Positions 1-15,225 of a DNA stretch of 64,000 nt are shown one piece after another (the stretch's first letter is position 1; each line of letters begins with the position of its first letter). The notes under the pieces were generated by a model. The model saw only the letters and a program-made list of their open reading frames with translations, had not been told where the DNA came from and made no database searches. Location: positions 6,911,751-6,975,750 of the forward strand of contig OZ037773.1 of assembly GCA_964035545.1 (NCBI GenBank). The letters run 5' to 3'. The stretch comes from Bugula neritina (taxonomy: Eukaryota; Animalia; Bryozoa). The translations under genes were made by a program, and so were the position numbers.

Positions 1-3000
1 TGCAGTTATTTCTACCGTACTCCACGTATCCTGTTGTTTTATTATTTAGTCATGTGTTCAAACTAAAAGTTTTCACCTAGGAGGTATCGGTAGCAAATTC
101 ACCTGACACTACATACTGTACTTGTTTGCTGCCGCAAACCCTCTCCTCTATAGAGAAGATATCGCTGCCACCTTGATCAGACGTGTAAGTCACACGGAAG
201 GTGTCCGGCTCTGCCTCACCTGACACCACAGACTAAAATATATATTCTGTGCGTAACAGTAACGGAGCAAAGATGTCACAGAGTCACAGTGACCAAGAGT
301 TAAAAACAGATTAAAATCTGGACAAAAATTCTATGCTAAAAAGAGTTTTACCTCGAAATGTCAAAGTGCAAGTCCGAACCACTAAACTTACTTTCTCACA
401 CCAAGACTAGTACTTGAAGTTAAAGCATAGGACCTGCCAGATACCAAGTATAAAAAGAGTCCAGCACTCTGTGTGAGTAAGACTAACAACTGAGTAGTAT
501 ATACTGCACGTGTATACTGTACTATAACCCCCTGCTACAAAGGAACAATTACCTCTCCAACACCAAAGTTAGCGTTTATAACCATCGTGTTACAACTCCC
601 CGTAACCGGGTCGTTGGTAAAAAGAGCACCTGCCACGTCTGCATGCACCATCTTCTGTATTACTACGCCCATCCCTGTGTTGATTGGCTGTCCGTGTTGT
701 CTACAATATTCCAAGCTGCTATATTACACTTGTGAGTATACTGGCTACAACTCGGCAACATACAAACTATTACATAACTACAAGTACTTCCTTCCCTAAA
801 CACTTATATAATGCAATACATGTAACCAATTTAGCTGACAATTAATATAATACCTGACAATATTGCAACTCAAAGGGAAGACAACTTCTATTCACTTTTA
901 AAACCTTCCAGTTATATGAGAACATAGATATGATTACTACAGTGTATAGTTTATATTACAAGTAGCACTGCTATTGGACAGATCTATAGCTGTTAACCTG
1001 CATCCATATATGTACACCTGGTTGTTTCTCACAATATCCCACTAGGAGGCGTATCAACTAACACAAGAAGACAACTCTATGAAAATATTCTCAGCCTAAG
1101 GTTCAGCCACAACAATGTGGGGGTCCCCAGTTATACCTCTTGTACTGCACAGCGGAAAAGGTGAAATGTGATGACCAACACTTCTTGACAGCAGCGAATA
1201 TCTCATTATAACCTTTGACCCCCAGAATAGTGTCCATTTGACCGGCAGCAGACAACTCTTCACCATCTTCTCCTGGAAAACAGCGTGAGAGAAGATAATC
1301 AGTCTGAGAATTACATGAAAGACACCAAGACAGCTCTGAGATTCAAATTAAAAGGTCCATAAACTACATGACCAGCCGTGACATTGTAAAATGTAAAAAA
1401 TTCTTTTTTCAGCATAATATTTTGACAAAAATTACCAGACCTATAAAAGACAAAATATATACATATTATAGGGAATTACCACCATGGAATCTAAACTGAT
1501 GAAGGTCAAGCGAAGGTGGAGAGTCTAATCATTGTACCATGATACGTAATCATATTTTCAGCTATAACTAAACCTCTTAGTCTTAGACACCAAGCAGTCA
1601 TGCCACACATACACAACATACACACAGCTAATACCTAAATCCTTTTAAACACCTTTTAACTGCATACAAGTGTACTGCATACAAGTGTACTGCATACAAG
1701 TGTACTGCCCAACTCAAAATAAGTCATATTTTAAAATGTTTCAAGTAAATTAAAAGTAGTTCAAAATTATTTTATTGCCAATAATTTATCATCAGCACAT
1801 AGCAAATGATACACACGCACCCAAAGACTTCCACACAGATAACTTATATAAAACTAGAGTCTATATAACCTGCAGAACGGTCTGGTATTTGGTTACAATT
1901 CAACATAGTAAATAACGGTGAGGGAGGATAACTCATAAAAACATTCGACAAAACAGTCACACTACCATGTGTCACACCACCATGTGTCACACCACTACAT
2001 GTCACATTGTCATGCATGTCACATCACAGTTATAGATTAAAGACAGCTGACTGACCAATAGCGGAAGACCTCACAGCTACTCTCGTCTCCTCATCAAAGT
2101 GCTCGATATGCTGAAGATGTAGTTGTAACGCTTTAGAGATCTTTGGGTTGATTTCGGACGACAGAAACTCTGATTTCAGTGTGTCACATAGTTTCTACAA
2201 GGCAGAGTGAATTTATTGATTATTAGCTATTAGTGATTGGCTATTGATTTATTGATTTATTTATTACATACCACAGACATGAAAACACATTGCGAAACTC
2301 AATATGAATGCTGGCTACAATAAATAGACATGAACAAAATTGGAAAAAGATTCAGAACTCTGTTGAATTATTTAAAATAAAAGATAATTCAAAGTATTTA
2401 CAAGGTGCCGTAAAAAGCTATTTCTGCTCCATGCTTCTCTATATGGTGATTGGCTATTGATGACCGACTATTGGTCATTAGGAAACACAAGCTGGTTCAA
2501 CATTGCATAAACATAAAATCATAACAGAATATTATTTAGCTTAATTTGTCTCAAAAATATAGAAGTATAGTTAGTCAAATACTGCATTAAAAGATTGAGA
2601 TAAAACTCACAAGGCTATACAAGAAGAAAGTGAGCCCCCTACCCCCTCCCTATTTACAGAAAAGAAACGTTTATTGAGAATATACAACATTAACCTAACA
2701 TGCATAAAATTAGCTAAGTTCTCTTGGAATTTTATAACCTCAAAATTCGACTTTAAACAGTAACTATTTGAACAAATTGGTGATAACTATTAAGAAGAGA
2801 GTGTTGATATGTATTGTATGACTATAGTGTAGATAAATAAGTAAGTTTGCCGGCAAATCCTACCTGGATGTCTTCAGTATCAGCATCTACAGCCTGGCTC
2901 AGTCGGGCAGACAACTCCGTGAGAGACGAGTTAGTTTGAAGTTGGAGGTAGAATGCTTGCACGGTGAGACAAGCAGCCATTGGAACTTGGCACTAAAAAT

Positions 3001-6000
3001 AGACACACCTTGAACTCAGCATATACAATTATTATAATTATTGTATTGCCTAAAAATTAATTGCCAAAAGTGACTAAAGTGTAGAATCTCAAGCCATACA
3101 CACATACTTTAAAGAAGAACCTGGCACTCACCTGCTTTATAATGTCAGATTGATAGAGCACAGCCAGTTGACTTCCCTTACCACCCACAAGCTTGTCATT
3201 CCTACAATCTGGGTGGTCTAAACCGACAACCAGCTTGTCATCTGCAGATACTTCCCCAACAGGCATAGACAGAGTTCTTAGAAGATGGTAGGACTTAGAC
3301 GGGTGGCAACGAATGACTTCCTGTAAATTATAAAGACCCTAATCTACAGAGCATAGAGAATGGAATTACATAAAATTCCTTATGAGTTGCAAATGTGAAC
3401 CACTACATGCATATAAGGAAAAAAGTATGTTAACATGACTTGTCACTGGTTAAAACATTGTAGGTACACATTGTATTCATACAACAACCTACTGCTGCCA
3501 AAAGCTGTCGGCAGCATAGGCATTATAATATATAACCTCTGAACTTACTTTAGATGGAACACAGTCTACTGTATAGACTCCACTGCTAACTTCCTGAGCC
3601 CTCCTAAAATAATTTCAATAATTACACACTGTTTTAAAGACAACAAATAAAATTTAACTCAATGTTGTGAATCTAAATAGACTGCTAAATACTCTGATAC
3701 TCTGATAATCATTCAATTGATAGATAAAACGAGCAGCTAAAACATATTGTGAAAATAATAAGCAAAATAACAGCTGCACAGCAGCTCAAAACAGTTGAAG
3801 AAAATTTATCAGACTATTAAGGGACAACTCCTATGTATGATATACGGCAATCATCAAAATGAACACATTAGCACCATTTCCTCTTTCACAGAGTGGGTCA
3901 AACACTTTCATAATGTTTTAAAAAATATTTTCTTATATGTATCTTTTAAAATTTATATAATTTAAAAACAATAGATATGAAGAGAGATTTTAGTTTAGGG
4001 AGGTGCTTGGCGTTGACAACATACACATTGGAGTAAAGTAGAAATCCTGCTCCGGTATCAGGGGAAGACAACCCACAATGTTTGTGTTGAAGTGAGAGGG
4101 GAAGCAGCACACAGTATCTGTCTCCGAATTCACTATCTCCCAGAGTGTATTGGTGAAAGCTATTAGTTGTTGAGAGAGAGGACTGACAGCCTAAAAGTTA
4201 TCAAACACTCACTGAAATATTAAAATATATGATAACTAAACTTGGATGTTATGAAGTTGGCTTTTGAGCAGAATATAAAAAGTAAAACTTTTTTTTAAAT
4301 AGCACAAAAAGGTATATACTATTTCATGGCTCTGGAACACCTAATTACAAACAAAATGAAATAAAACACAAGAATAATATATATGGCCAAAGAGGTGCCT
4401 TTCTGATTGACTTAGTAATGATTGATGTGAATTTACTACATCATAAATATAACTCCCTCTTATTAACCTAGCGCTACTATTGAGCAAGACACAGTCATAC
4501 CTTGTCTGTCCGATACAGAAACAGTGTCACTCAGTGTCCAACCAGTGAGATAGGAATACACAAAATCTAGATTTGCGTTTTCCAACTCTCCATTAGGGTG
4601 CATTCGGATAGAGTGGAACCGGCTGCAAACAGAGAGCAGTCAGTCTGACTCAAAGTCTGAATAATGTCATATCTGCACTCTAAACACCACTATGTATGAT
4701 GCAATCAATTGCAAACACAAACAAAATACTTATTATATAAAAAAAGAGATAAAAAAGAATAGAATATTTATTATAGATTTAACAAATTGTAGAATAAGAA
4801 TTTAGTTTGAGATTATTCTTTTATTAGAGTACAAACACGTGCCTCAACTCAGTTGCTGTAAGATCTTTTGCAAAGGGTATAGATAATCTAGTGTAGTGAA
4901 AGTTTCCATTCTAAAACACACAGTTGAAAGACGAAATTCTACAAATATTATACAGCATTTTACAACTCGATATTGAATTTATATACATTATATTATATGA
5001 AATTCTATTATATTCTATTTAGACTCACTCTTGACAAAATCTCCAACAGCAACAAATAAACTAGCTAAAATGCATCCCAATTGCGAGAAAGGCGTGTTGG
5101 AATAGCTACCCCAATGCAACACAATTGCAGATTTCTACGGGAAAAACATGAGTCATTCAAAAATTTTCTGAATAGTCTACGGTTCTGTAAACAGTTTGAA
5201 TAATTAGATAATTATTATTAAGCCGCAACATATTTACCATTCCAAGCAGAAAATAAACCGTAGTAAGGGAAAGGAACATGTGATGCAACAGATGTGTCAC
5301 ACAAAAGCAGACGGTAAAACTGTTGAAAGTATTGACTCACCTTTGATACAAGAACCTGCTCTACGTATGAAGAACTGCCATCCCAGTCTTTCATCTCACC
5401 TGTTGAAACGCAAAGAAATCCGTATGCAGACGGTTCATTGGCTTTATTTTATAGCATCAAGGTCAAAGGTCACATGCAAGGACTGCCACATCCGGTTGTG
5501 ACATATAACAAAAGTGGAGAAGAGAAGGGTAGAAGTTGTTTATAAACTGAACTTTGTAAGTTATACGAGACAGGTCTGCATCGCGTTTGATGTAATGGCA
5601 ATGTGAGGGCAACTCCAAATTAGCAAGACACATTTCACACAAATTTTCTTGCATAACACATGGTGGGTTCTTCAGTAATTCTACAGGCCTACAGATAGGG
5701 CAATTAGTTGCAATAGATGTGTGTGGAGAAAGGGGAGATAACTGTACTTATATAACAGAATATATAAAAATAAATAGTCTAAAGGGAAATCTACGGAATC
5801 ACATTTAGTCTCCTAGTAGCCAAATGCTCTCATGACAGGAAATTCAACTGGAGCAACCATTTTCTCTAGCAATCATGGTGTGAAACTTGTTGGCTCCTTT
5901 TTACATATGTATTACATTTTAAATCACACTTCTTCTATTAAATCAATTCTAATAAATCTTTTGCACTTTGCAAGTTGATAGGTTCAAAGTTCAACTGGTA

Positions 6001-9000
6001 CAATTTCAAAGTAAAAGAAAACCAGCACAAAATCACTTCGTTATGCTGCATAAAACTATGTGTGAATCAGTCAATGACAGGCTAACTATATCGAATACTT
6101 TATTAAAATGAAGAGAAGGCAACAATAATGAGATCACTAAAAACACACTATTTCTGTGTTCAGAGAGACTACAGGTAAGAATGGAGCTGAGTTATCAAGA
6201 ATTATTGAGGCGGTACATACCTACTGAGCGTCTTTTGAATCCTCTCAACAGCAACTCATGTTCCTCTTCACCTGACACCTGTATAACACCTAGAGAGAGA
6301 TTAGCAAACAAAGTATCATAAACAGGGTACAATTCTCTCCCGGTAAATGTTAGAAAAATATAGAATCAATGCAGTCACTCACCTTCAACTTGAAATATTA
6401 TATATTAATATTAAAACAAGTGATGGAGAGAGCAGATATACAAGTGTCTACTTCAAAATAAATTTGTCTTTCTTTTTGAAGTCGAACAGAGGTGATGGTA
6501 ACTACTCATGACTTACATAACAAAGTTATGGCAGATCTATTGAACTGACTTTTTTAAAATAATGTTCAGCATTTCTTGTGAATAAGCAATCAAAAAATGG
6601 ACAGGCTAAAATGAAATTTATAATACTCTCTACAAACGAGTGAGTTTACATTCGATAGTTGTCCACACTACAAAGGGAAAACAACTATTTATAATACTAT
6701 TTCAAGTTTAATTTGAATTTAAAGCTAAAAAGTTTCACTCAGATTTAAAAATTTATTTGAGAAAGCAGTGTTTGCTTAAAATTTCAAAGAGAAGAACATT
6801 TCAGTCAAGTAAGCAAAACAGGAAGATACTGCTTGTCTCTCAATTATGTCCTTCCCTTACCGCGTGCGTGTATGTGTGTCCCCACTTACAGTGTATATAT
6901 ATGTCCTCAACTTACCGTGCATCAGTCCAGACTGGACTGTACTCTGACTAGTAACACACTCTATATTTGTTGCCAGCTCCAGAATCTCTCCAGCAGTTAC
7001 CTTCCTCTCAGCATAGAGTTTAGAGAGATACTGGACTAGAGATCTCTGAGTAAAGTTGTTGTCGTCTGAACTAAGATTAGCTGATAAATTCTTCCACCTA
7101 CCCAGATGATTGAAACAATAAAAATAACAGTGAGTTGGCAGCTTTCACCAGCTGTTTAGAGATTAAAAGAGAGACAGTTTGAGTCAATTCAACTATGCAA
7201 AACACTCTTTATAGTTTCACTGAAACTTGTTAAAATCACATTGATGCATAAAACCCTTATCTAACAGCAATGCGTGACTCATTTATTCTTCGTCTGATGC
7301 CTTCAAGCATTGCATCTACAAAATCAACCATATAATTTAAGAGATAATAAAACTCATCAAATAAAATGGCGCAAGGCAAAGCTTTTACTTGAACGTCCTT
7401 TGAGAAAGATATTTAATATGGGATGTAATTTTATGAACACCCATACCTAGAAAAATAATAATTTTTGTTGACAGTATACTAAAAAATATGCTAAAAAAGA
7501 CATCTAAAAAGCTACTTCTAAGCTTCTTTACGGTCAAAAAGAAGCTTAGAAGTAGATTTAGTAAGGAAAGATACTTCTGCATGCCTAAAGAGCACTTCTT
7601 AGAACTGGAAACCGGAAAAGCTCAAAAGCAATTAGATAAAATATTAATATAAAAATAAAGAAAACAATACTCACAGCAAAAAAATTTTAACTTGCTTAAT
7701 AACTGTGCCATTGCCATTAGTCATATCCTTCCCAGAATTCTCACACTTCCTATAACATTGGTAAAGTAAATCAGCAACAAAACGGTATTTGTAATACATT
7801 ATATTCATATGAAACAAACATCTACAATCACTCCTACATAGATATTCTGTTCAACGAATCATAGTAAAGTATATTAAAATTGTAACATTGTTGAGCAGAG
7901 AAGCAGTAAGAAAGCAAAATAAAAGAACTGCCAGATATAAATACAAATAAACTTGGACGTGTATAAGATGAAATAAGTAAGACGAACTTAGACTGAGAGA
8001 GAGGGCCCGAATACGACAGTTTCAGTCGAGTCCCATCTTCAAGGATGCTCAAACTCAAACCTGAAGATCTAAAGCTATTGCGAGAATTGTTATAGGTAAC
8101 GACCTCAGTGGGAAGGTTGTATATATACTCCCCTGTAAGACATTGAAACTTTTCTTTTTAACAAGCAATCTATTATTTTGGCGGACAGCATCATATTTCT
8201 AATTTCTATCATTTAGGAGCGGTAGTGGAGAAATTGAGATAGCCTAAGTTCTTCAATTTTGTTATTAAATTTTAGTTTGGGCGTAGGTTGAAATTCCTGC
8301 GAGAACATAACTACTTTTGCTACTTTTCTACTCTAGAACACAGGCTTTTCTCAATTTCTCTATTACTTCACCTACCTCCAATTGACTATGAGTTCATAAA
8401 GTGACAGTTGAATGCAGGCACAAAATCTAGGACAAAGTTGAGTTTACTAAACTGAGCATTTCATTAGCCCACATAACAGCTCAGCAAAACAATGGCAGAA
8501 ACTGGAACAAATACCAATGATAAAGGACTAGGACAAATTATAAACTCTTACGTTAACAACTGAAAATGATTAGGAAATTGAGAAAATATTGGCAAGACAC
8601 AATGTAGGCATAGTGTAAATATTGAGACCAAGAGGTTCAAACTGTATTCTTTATTTAATTTGCCAAATATAAATAATTCCTTTATGTGTTAACACATAAT
8701 CCACGAACTGACAGAAGATCAACCCTGTAATAACCAGCGTGAGTACATAAGACTGACCTTTCACACAGAGGGTCAACTTTGCATAACATTTCCTGTCTGG
8801 TTTACGAGTTATCCCCACATGAAGGTATGAGCCATCTTCACCATTGACACACATGAAATTCACCTCGTCGTAGCCTCCGGTCTTTACATAAAAACATTAA
8901 ATGGGAAGTAAAGTATGCAGCAGAATTGCCAGTTTACACAAGTCCGCTGCAAAAATTTAGGCTAAAAACTAAATTAGGAAAGTAATTTCAGAAAGAGTGA

Positions 9001-10235
9001 ACAGTATGTCACTGAAAACTGTATTACACTACAGTACAGCACTCCACACTACTCTACTCTATACTAAACTATACTAAACTATACTGTTCTATGCCACACT
9101 ACAGTATACTACTCTACACTACTCTACTCTATACTAAATTACACTACTCTATACTATACTATACTATACTACTCTATGCCACACTACAGTATACTACTCC
9201 ACACTACACTACTCTATACTAAACTGAACTACACTAAATTATGTTACTCTACACTATACTACACTAATCTACACTATAGATTGCTATACTATACTATATA
9301 CACTACACTAGACTACACTGTACTATACTAAACTGAACTACACTAAATTATGTTACTCTACACTATACTACACTAATCTACACTATAGATTGCTACACTA
9401 TACTATATACACTACACTAGACTACACTGTACTATACTACACTGCAGTGCAGCACACCACACTACACATGTCTGTGTGCCATACATTAGCTCTTCTAAAT
9501 GGTATGCTTTACTATCCAGTAAACAAACAAAAAAACCACTAGCTAATGTTAGTCAACTAAACTACACTACACTTATACTACACTATGTTACAATACATTG
9601 GTAAAAGAATAAATAAATTACTAGCTAATGTTAGTCAACCTATCAACCTGATTGCCCAGCAGAAAGTCTGACACAGGACCATCTGGTAGACATGACTTCT
9701 TCCGTCTCCATCTGTACATCAGAAGGACAACACAGCGGATGTAAAGAGCACTCCAGTCTACAAAAAAACCCTCTCTTATAGGAGATGTAAGAATAATAAT
9801 TGCTACTATAGAAATAGGTAACTCAAAACAATACAGTAAAAAGTACCATTAACTATAAGGATTAATTTTAATTTTTAAATAATTAATTTCTCAGCAGTCA
9901 TTTGTTACGAATTATAACAGAACATTCGGCACAAACATTTAATAAAACAGTAAGAATAAGCAATATTACTACTACTATTGTCACAACTATTACTGTTGGC
10001 ATATATAAAATGCAATACTGAGAAACGTTGCTAAAACTGATTTCAAATAGTGACACATATAAGGTAGTAAGATTATGTTACTATACTACAACAGTGCCTG
10101 TTTTGTATTAATTCTCTATCAACAACTGATAGGTGAATGCATACATTGATATAGGAGTGTGACTAGGATGAGTAATACAGGAGTCAAGTACACAGTCTGG
10201 CTAGACCACGGGACATCACTGGTAGCAGAATCCAT
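1..10235 (-). CDS. PEP-utilising ATP-grasp enzyme (PPDK/PEP synthase N-terminal nucleotide-binding domain; rifampicin phosphotransferase/PigC-like), N-terminal TM anchor; 3' part beyond window start
   Basis: Phase-consistent GT-AG exons: 10235-10145, 9757-9648, 8881-8758, 8132-7994, 7749-7675, 7097-6916, 6289-6221, 5399-5341, 5060-5029, 4622-4501, 4190-4025, 3603-3549, 3320-3132, 2992-2864, 2194-2056, 1272-1137, 700-553, 232-103, possibly 30-1. Translation has the PPDK_N motifs VGGKGSQL, VAVRSSAIGEDGEELSAAGQMDT, AVKKCWSS, MGVVIQKMV..AGALFTNDPVTG, NANFGVGESVVSGEAEPD. The N-terminus MDSATSDVPWSSQTVYLTPVLLILVTLLYQYWSALYIRCVVLLMYRWRRKK is hydrophobic then basic. Confidence 0.88.
8215..8378. mobile_element. 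MITE-like repeat family 1 (~165 bp, imperfect terminal inverted repeats)
   Basis: GGTAGTGGAGAAATTGAGATAGCC...GGCTTTTCTCAATTTCTCTATTAC ends; near-collinear second copy at 26718-26887, degenerate copy ~25990-26140. Confidence 0.75.
9025..9470. repeat. Degenerate pentamer (ACTAT/ACTAC/ACTCT) tandem repeat containing a ~110-bp tandem duplication
   Basis: Visible in an intron of the PEP-utilising gene. Confidence 0.9.
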
Positions 10236-13132
10236 TCTGTCTCCTTTCACATCTAAAAATAAAAAGGAAAAACCTGGTCAAACATTGAGTTTTCCTTCTC
10301 TAAAGTCATATCCTAAAATACTGCTAAAGATGGTCATGTTCGATAGAACAGATAACTTTCTAGGAACTTACAAAAAATAAAACTTAAAGGTCAGTTAATA
10401 TTTAAATTGAACACTTTGAGCATAAATTTCAACAAGACTATCTCCGAATATCTCTATGCAAATACGCATAAATCTGCTGTTACTACTTCTGCAACGGTTT
10501 CCTTAGACATCATTGGTGAGATGTGTAAAGGGAAGCATGTTTGGTTACTGCTGACTACACTTGATTTATTTGAAATCATTCATTTCCGTACCATACACAT
10601 GTGTGCATCTTCCTTCACTACTTGCTTTCATTCAACCTTCTACTAACAATATTAAACTGTACCATTACAATGTTACTGTTACTACTTGGTATGCTAGTTT
10701 AAGTTCAAGTTATACCCCTAGGCCTATTACTAGACTCTGTATTCATGGAGCATTAGTACAGATTACAATAAATAATTGCATACCATTCCTAAGAGTCACT
10801 ATCTAGAATTTTCATTAAAATACCCAGACTTTAGTGAATCAAATTTATCATAGTGACTACCAAAATATTTTGTCTAACATGAGAATAACATTAATAGTAG
10901 CAAAATGAACTTTTAAAACGTGTCAATTTGTAAATGCAAAAACAATATAACCCATTGTGACCTACACTAGTTTAAATAATCGACAATCAGTATCATAGTG
11001 ATGATGGCAGATTGCAAGTAGTTGTTTAAACAAATTTTAAATGTCACACCTAGTCATTTATTTGAGTGATTGCATGTCAAATGTAATCAGTGAATCACTC
11101 AAAATGACTCAAAAATTTATACTATTTGAGTCATTCATAGCTTGTTATTGAGTTTTAGATATCCACGCTGCTGCCAATGCTACTATTTTGAGATTTGGAT
11201 TATATCATCATGATTTATTACTATTAGTATTACTATTACTATTAGTATAAGTATTAGATTTCGCATAAGTAATTATAATAAAACAAAAAATTATATTTAT
11301 TTATTTATTTCATAGTATTACTATTATGGCACCTGTAAAAGGTTAAAGGAGGTTGTATAAAATTTGGTGTAGTGTATTCATACTCATACTGCAGCAGGCA
11401 TGACTCAATTGATAGTAATTAAAAATTGAATTTCAGTTAAATTGAAAGTTAGTAATATTTAACATAATAATTAAATTAAATTTAATAAAAGAAAAAATAT
11501 ATTCAAGAGTATGTCAATTAATGAATTATGAGTCTCAGTTTGAGTAACTTAAACTCACAGTCACAATAATATTAACATTATGATTATATTATTATGATTA
11601 TCAATATTTACTGTTTAACTTAATAACAATAAGTTTTCAAGTATTCTTACTTTTAAATTAATGCAATATTGAATTTATGTGCAACTTAAATTCTAGAATC
11701 AAAAGTAAAGTGAAAGTCAAATGGCAACCGCAATGCCAAGCCTAAATCAGTAAATGAATAAACTAAAACTTGGGTGAATGGCTTTGGATATAACTATAAA
11801 AAAGCCTCTTAATGATGATTTATAATATTCAGAAAATTGTCAATACAGACAGCAATTACAAAACTAATAAGATTATTTAAATAATATATGCAATAGTTAT
11901 TACCACAATTTCACTTTAATGCATTTCTGTTTAATTTCAGGTGTGCAAACTGTTGACATTGCAGACTTGCAAGTTGCAAAGTTGATAAATGTCAGGTTAC
12001 TAATCGCTGGTTTTAGACTACGGGTCACATTGTTTTTAGATATTTTCACGTCGTCTTAACGAGATCCATAACTTCCTACCGTACAAATAATTTTTCTGAC
12101 GGCTACTATAGCACAGGGACGGAAATATAACTCCATGAATAAGTTCTGATTCCATTTACCGCAGGTACGCCTCAATGAAATTGAATAAACTGCATAGAAT
12201 TATTTATAATAATAAACCGGTTCAGCACACACGTCCAATATTGATAAAGTAAATAAGATTCGCCCATTATTTACAGCCTTTGAGCACAAGATTATTTTAC
12301 TTACAATTTACAAGGTTTATCTACACTCTACACCTGAAGGAAACTTGCTTATTTGTCTACGCCATTTATCTGTTTTATTTCAAGCATGATTGTCACTTAA
12401 TTTCAATAAAAACTAGTGTGTTTTCCCAATTACTTATTCTTAATAGTTTTGCAATATGAAACATTAATCTAACATCAAAACAGTAATATTGTGTGTTGCA
12501 CCTATAAATCTATAAAGATAAATTGCTGCCTTTTGGCTTGGCCTTGAGGGAAGAGGTCTAAAGAACTTGACCTATATTCAGACTTTTGCTGACTGGCTTG
12601 AAGAATGCTGTATTTCATAAACTAGAATTCATGCAGGGTTAATTTAATTTATATTAGTAATTATGATATGAATATAGTGTAATAAATAACTTTATATAAA
12701 AGGATAGCAAAGTACATTTAGTAATTAATACTTGCACCACTAGTGCACATGTACCAATGTACCAGTTTTTAAAAGTTATTATGCAAACATTTTTATGCAG
12801 CTTAATAACGTTGCGCAAAGATAATTATACAAGATTAGGTGCATAAACTTTGCTTTTAATTTCGGTTATCAAGTAAAGATGGTAAGCTGACATTAGGTTT
12901 CTTAACTTTTAAGTTGTCAATTCCAAAATATGAATAACAATTTAAAATCTGCTTATTTTGTTAATGAGTTCTACAAGAAACACATATTACTAGTCAGCTT
13001 AAAATTATAAACCATTGTACACAAAATTTTTCCAATTTTGAAAAGTGTAACCAGCTTATCATATTACCTACATATTGTTTACATAATACATAATATAATA
13101 TACCATATATTGAAAGCAAATCCAATATTGTG

Positions 13133-13252
<120 letters not shown>

Positions 13253-15154
13253 ACAATACAACTGAATTAGGTTACTGCTATTTGCATGTTAATTTACATT
13301 ATATAATAATATATATGCCTGGACCGCACAAATTATCCTGGTTGAGATGTCTGCCATCAGAGGTGGGTGAATGAATCAGTAAGCTCTCTATAGATTATGA
13401 TAATCCCAGCTCTTGGTAATTAAAATAGAACTAAAGCATACTATGTATGGCCATAAATATTGTTTTCAACTTTAAAATTCACATCAATTTCTACCAGCTT
13501 AGCTGTCATATTGTAATAATTTAAACAAATACCATATACTCCTCCCGGATATTCAGTTATACTGCTCCCACTGCCTACGTAGGTTGAAATCTTATGCCAA
13601 TATTATCATTTCTATTGCATTTATTAAATTTGATTTATGTGTACCTAAAGGCATATATCTATTGCTAAGAATGGTGCCTTACAAAAAGTAAAATACTTTT
13701 GCATTTTATTCTCAACTAAGGACATCAAACTGCACATGATTGAAAACATAATGTCATGGGCTCAAAAGAACTAAAAATGACATTCTGTATGAAAACATTT
13801 ATGTATTTTAAATAGCAAAATAACAGAAAATAACAAACAATATTACATACTAATTTTAGCAGATCTCAATATTATATTTTGTTGATCACATCAAATTACA
13901 AAATATTGAATTTGAGAAATTTACAGCCATGTGTTGTTTGTCAGTTGCCAATAACTGTTGTTGCCAACTGCTTACACCGATAATATAAGAATATGAACTA
14001 CAATATTTCAATGCATGCAGCAAACTTTATTTTGAGAAGAACATAGTGTGTAGGTGCAAAACTAAGGCTGCCATCTTCTCCGCCTTCAACCTACACTCCA
14101 CATACCACACAAGGATTTAGTTAAATCGATCTTTGAGAATATAACTTTTGCAATTATTTTAATAGTGCCACAATATTTCATTTGTCCCAAATCAGTTGCA
14201 GATACTAATACATTATACACAAAACATTCACAATCACACGTCCAGTTATCAATCAGTAGTGATTGGCCTCATGGCCTAGCTAGCTCTGAAAGCTCGAGAA
14301 GTATTCAAGAATAACTTCAAAGCAAAGAGCTTTTACTAAAGTGGTTTGTTTTAACTTTGTAGTTAGGTTTGGGCTAAAAGCACCAACAAAAAACTATTTG
14401 GGTAAAATACAAATTATGCTAGATCATCATTTATTTAAAGGATACTAATAAAATATGCTGCTATTGAACATACAATGTAGATGTAAACAGAGAAATTTCA
14501 CTAAATGCATTGCACAATTTAATAAAAAAATTATTCATCTGGCAAGAGAGACTTTTTTACCATCCTCTGTGAATCATTGAAACTCCTACTTTCATAAAAT
14601 CTCCACTTATGTCACCTCCATGATTTTCATGACACTATTATGTTGAAAATTATTCCTGTTACAAATAAAAACAAATTTATTAGATATTTCCATAGTTTTA
14701 AATTTAGCATCTGTAATATGTACTCTTTCAAAAATAAGCAATCATAAAAAGTTTAAAAAACACAATGCAAAAAACTACTACGAAGTATCCCCACGCGTCA
14801 TCAGACGATTACTTGTCAATAAAAAACTGCTGGATGATGTTTTAAAAGAAACTAAAAGTTAAAAGGTGCAGCTTTGGAAAAGCTCAAACTCATGCAAATA
14901 GGTTGACACTTCAAAATATAATACTCCACCTTTTTTTCTAAATTAATCATTTTTAAATTAAAGAAATGTGATTAAAATAAATGCAGAAAAATTTTGTGGT
15001 TTTAATTTTATGAAGAATCTCATAGAATAAGACAAAACCTTCCAACTCCATGTTGATCTGTTTGTAAAACCAGTCCTAAATATTGACATTTTTGTTGTAT
15101 AACACTGAACAGACTTGTGTCCAACTAAGTTACTTTTTAGTAATAATAAAACTC

Positions 15155-15225
15155 TTTCCCCCACTGAGATTCGAACCCCTAGACCTCTGGCAAGCAGGCA
15201 TGCTAACCATTACACCACAGGGAAC
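15155..15225 (-). mobile_element. tRNA-derived SINE head / tRNA pseudogene
   Basis: Reverse complement has A box TGGTGTAATGG and B box GGTTCGAATCT; related decayed heads at ~28642-28700 (+) and ~41028-41072 (+). Confidence 0.6.

Noticed and set aside
1-10235. Bacterial contamination or symbiont contig explaining the PEP-synthase-like gene
   Set aside because: At least 17 spliceosomal introns, host MITE insertion and contiguity with animal genes.
15155-15225. Functional tRNA gene
   Set aside because: A and B boxes are present, but I could not fold a convincing cloverleaf and decayed relatives occur elsewhere; treated as SINE/pseudogene.
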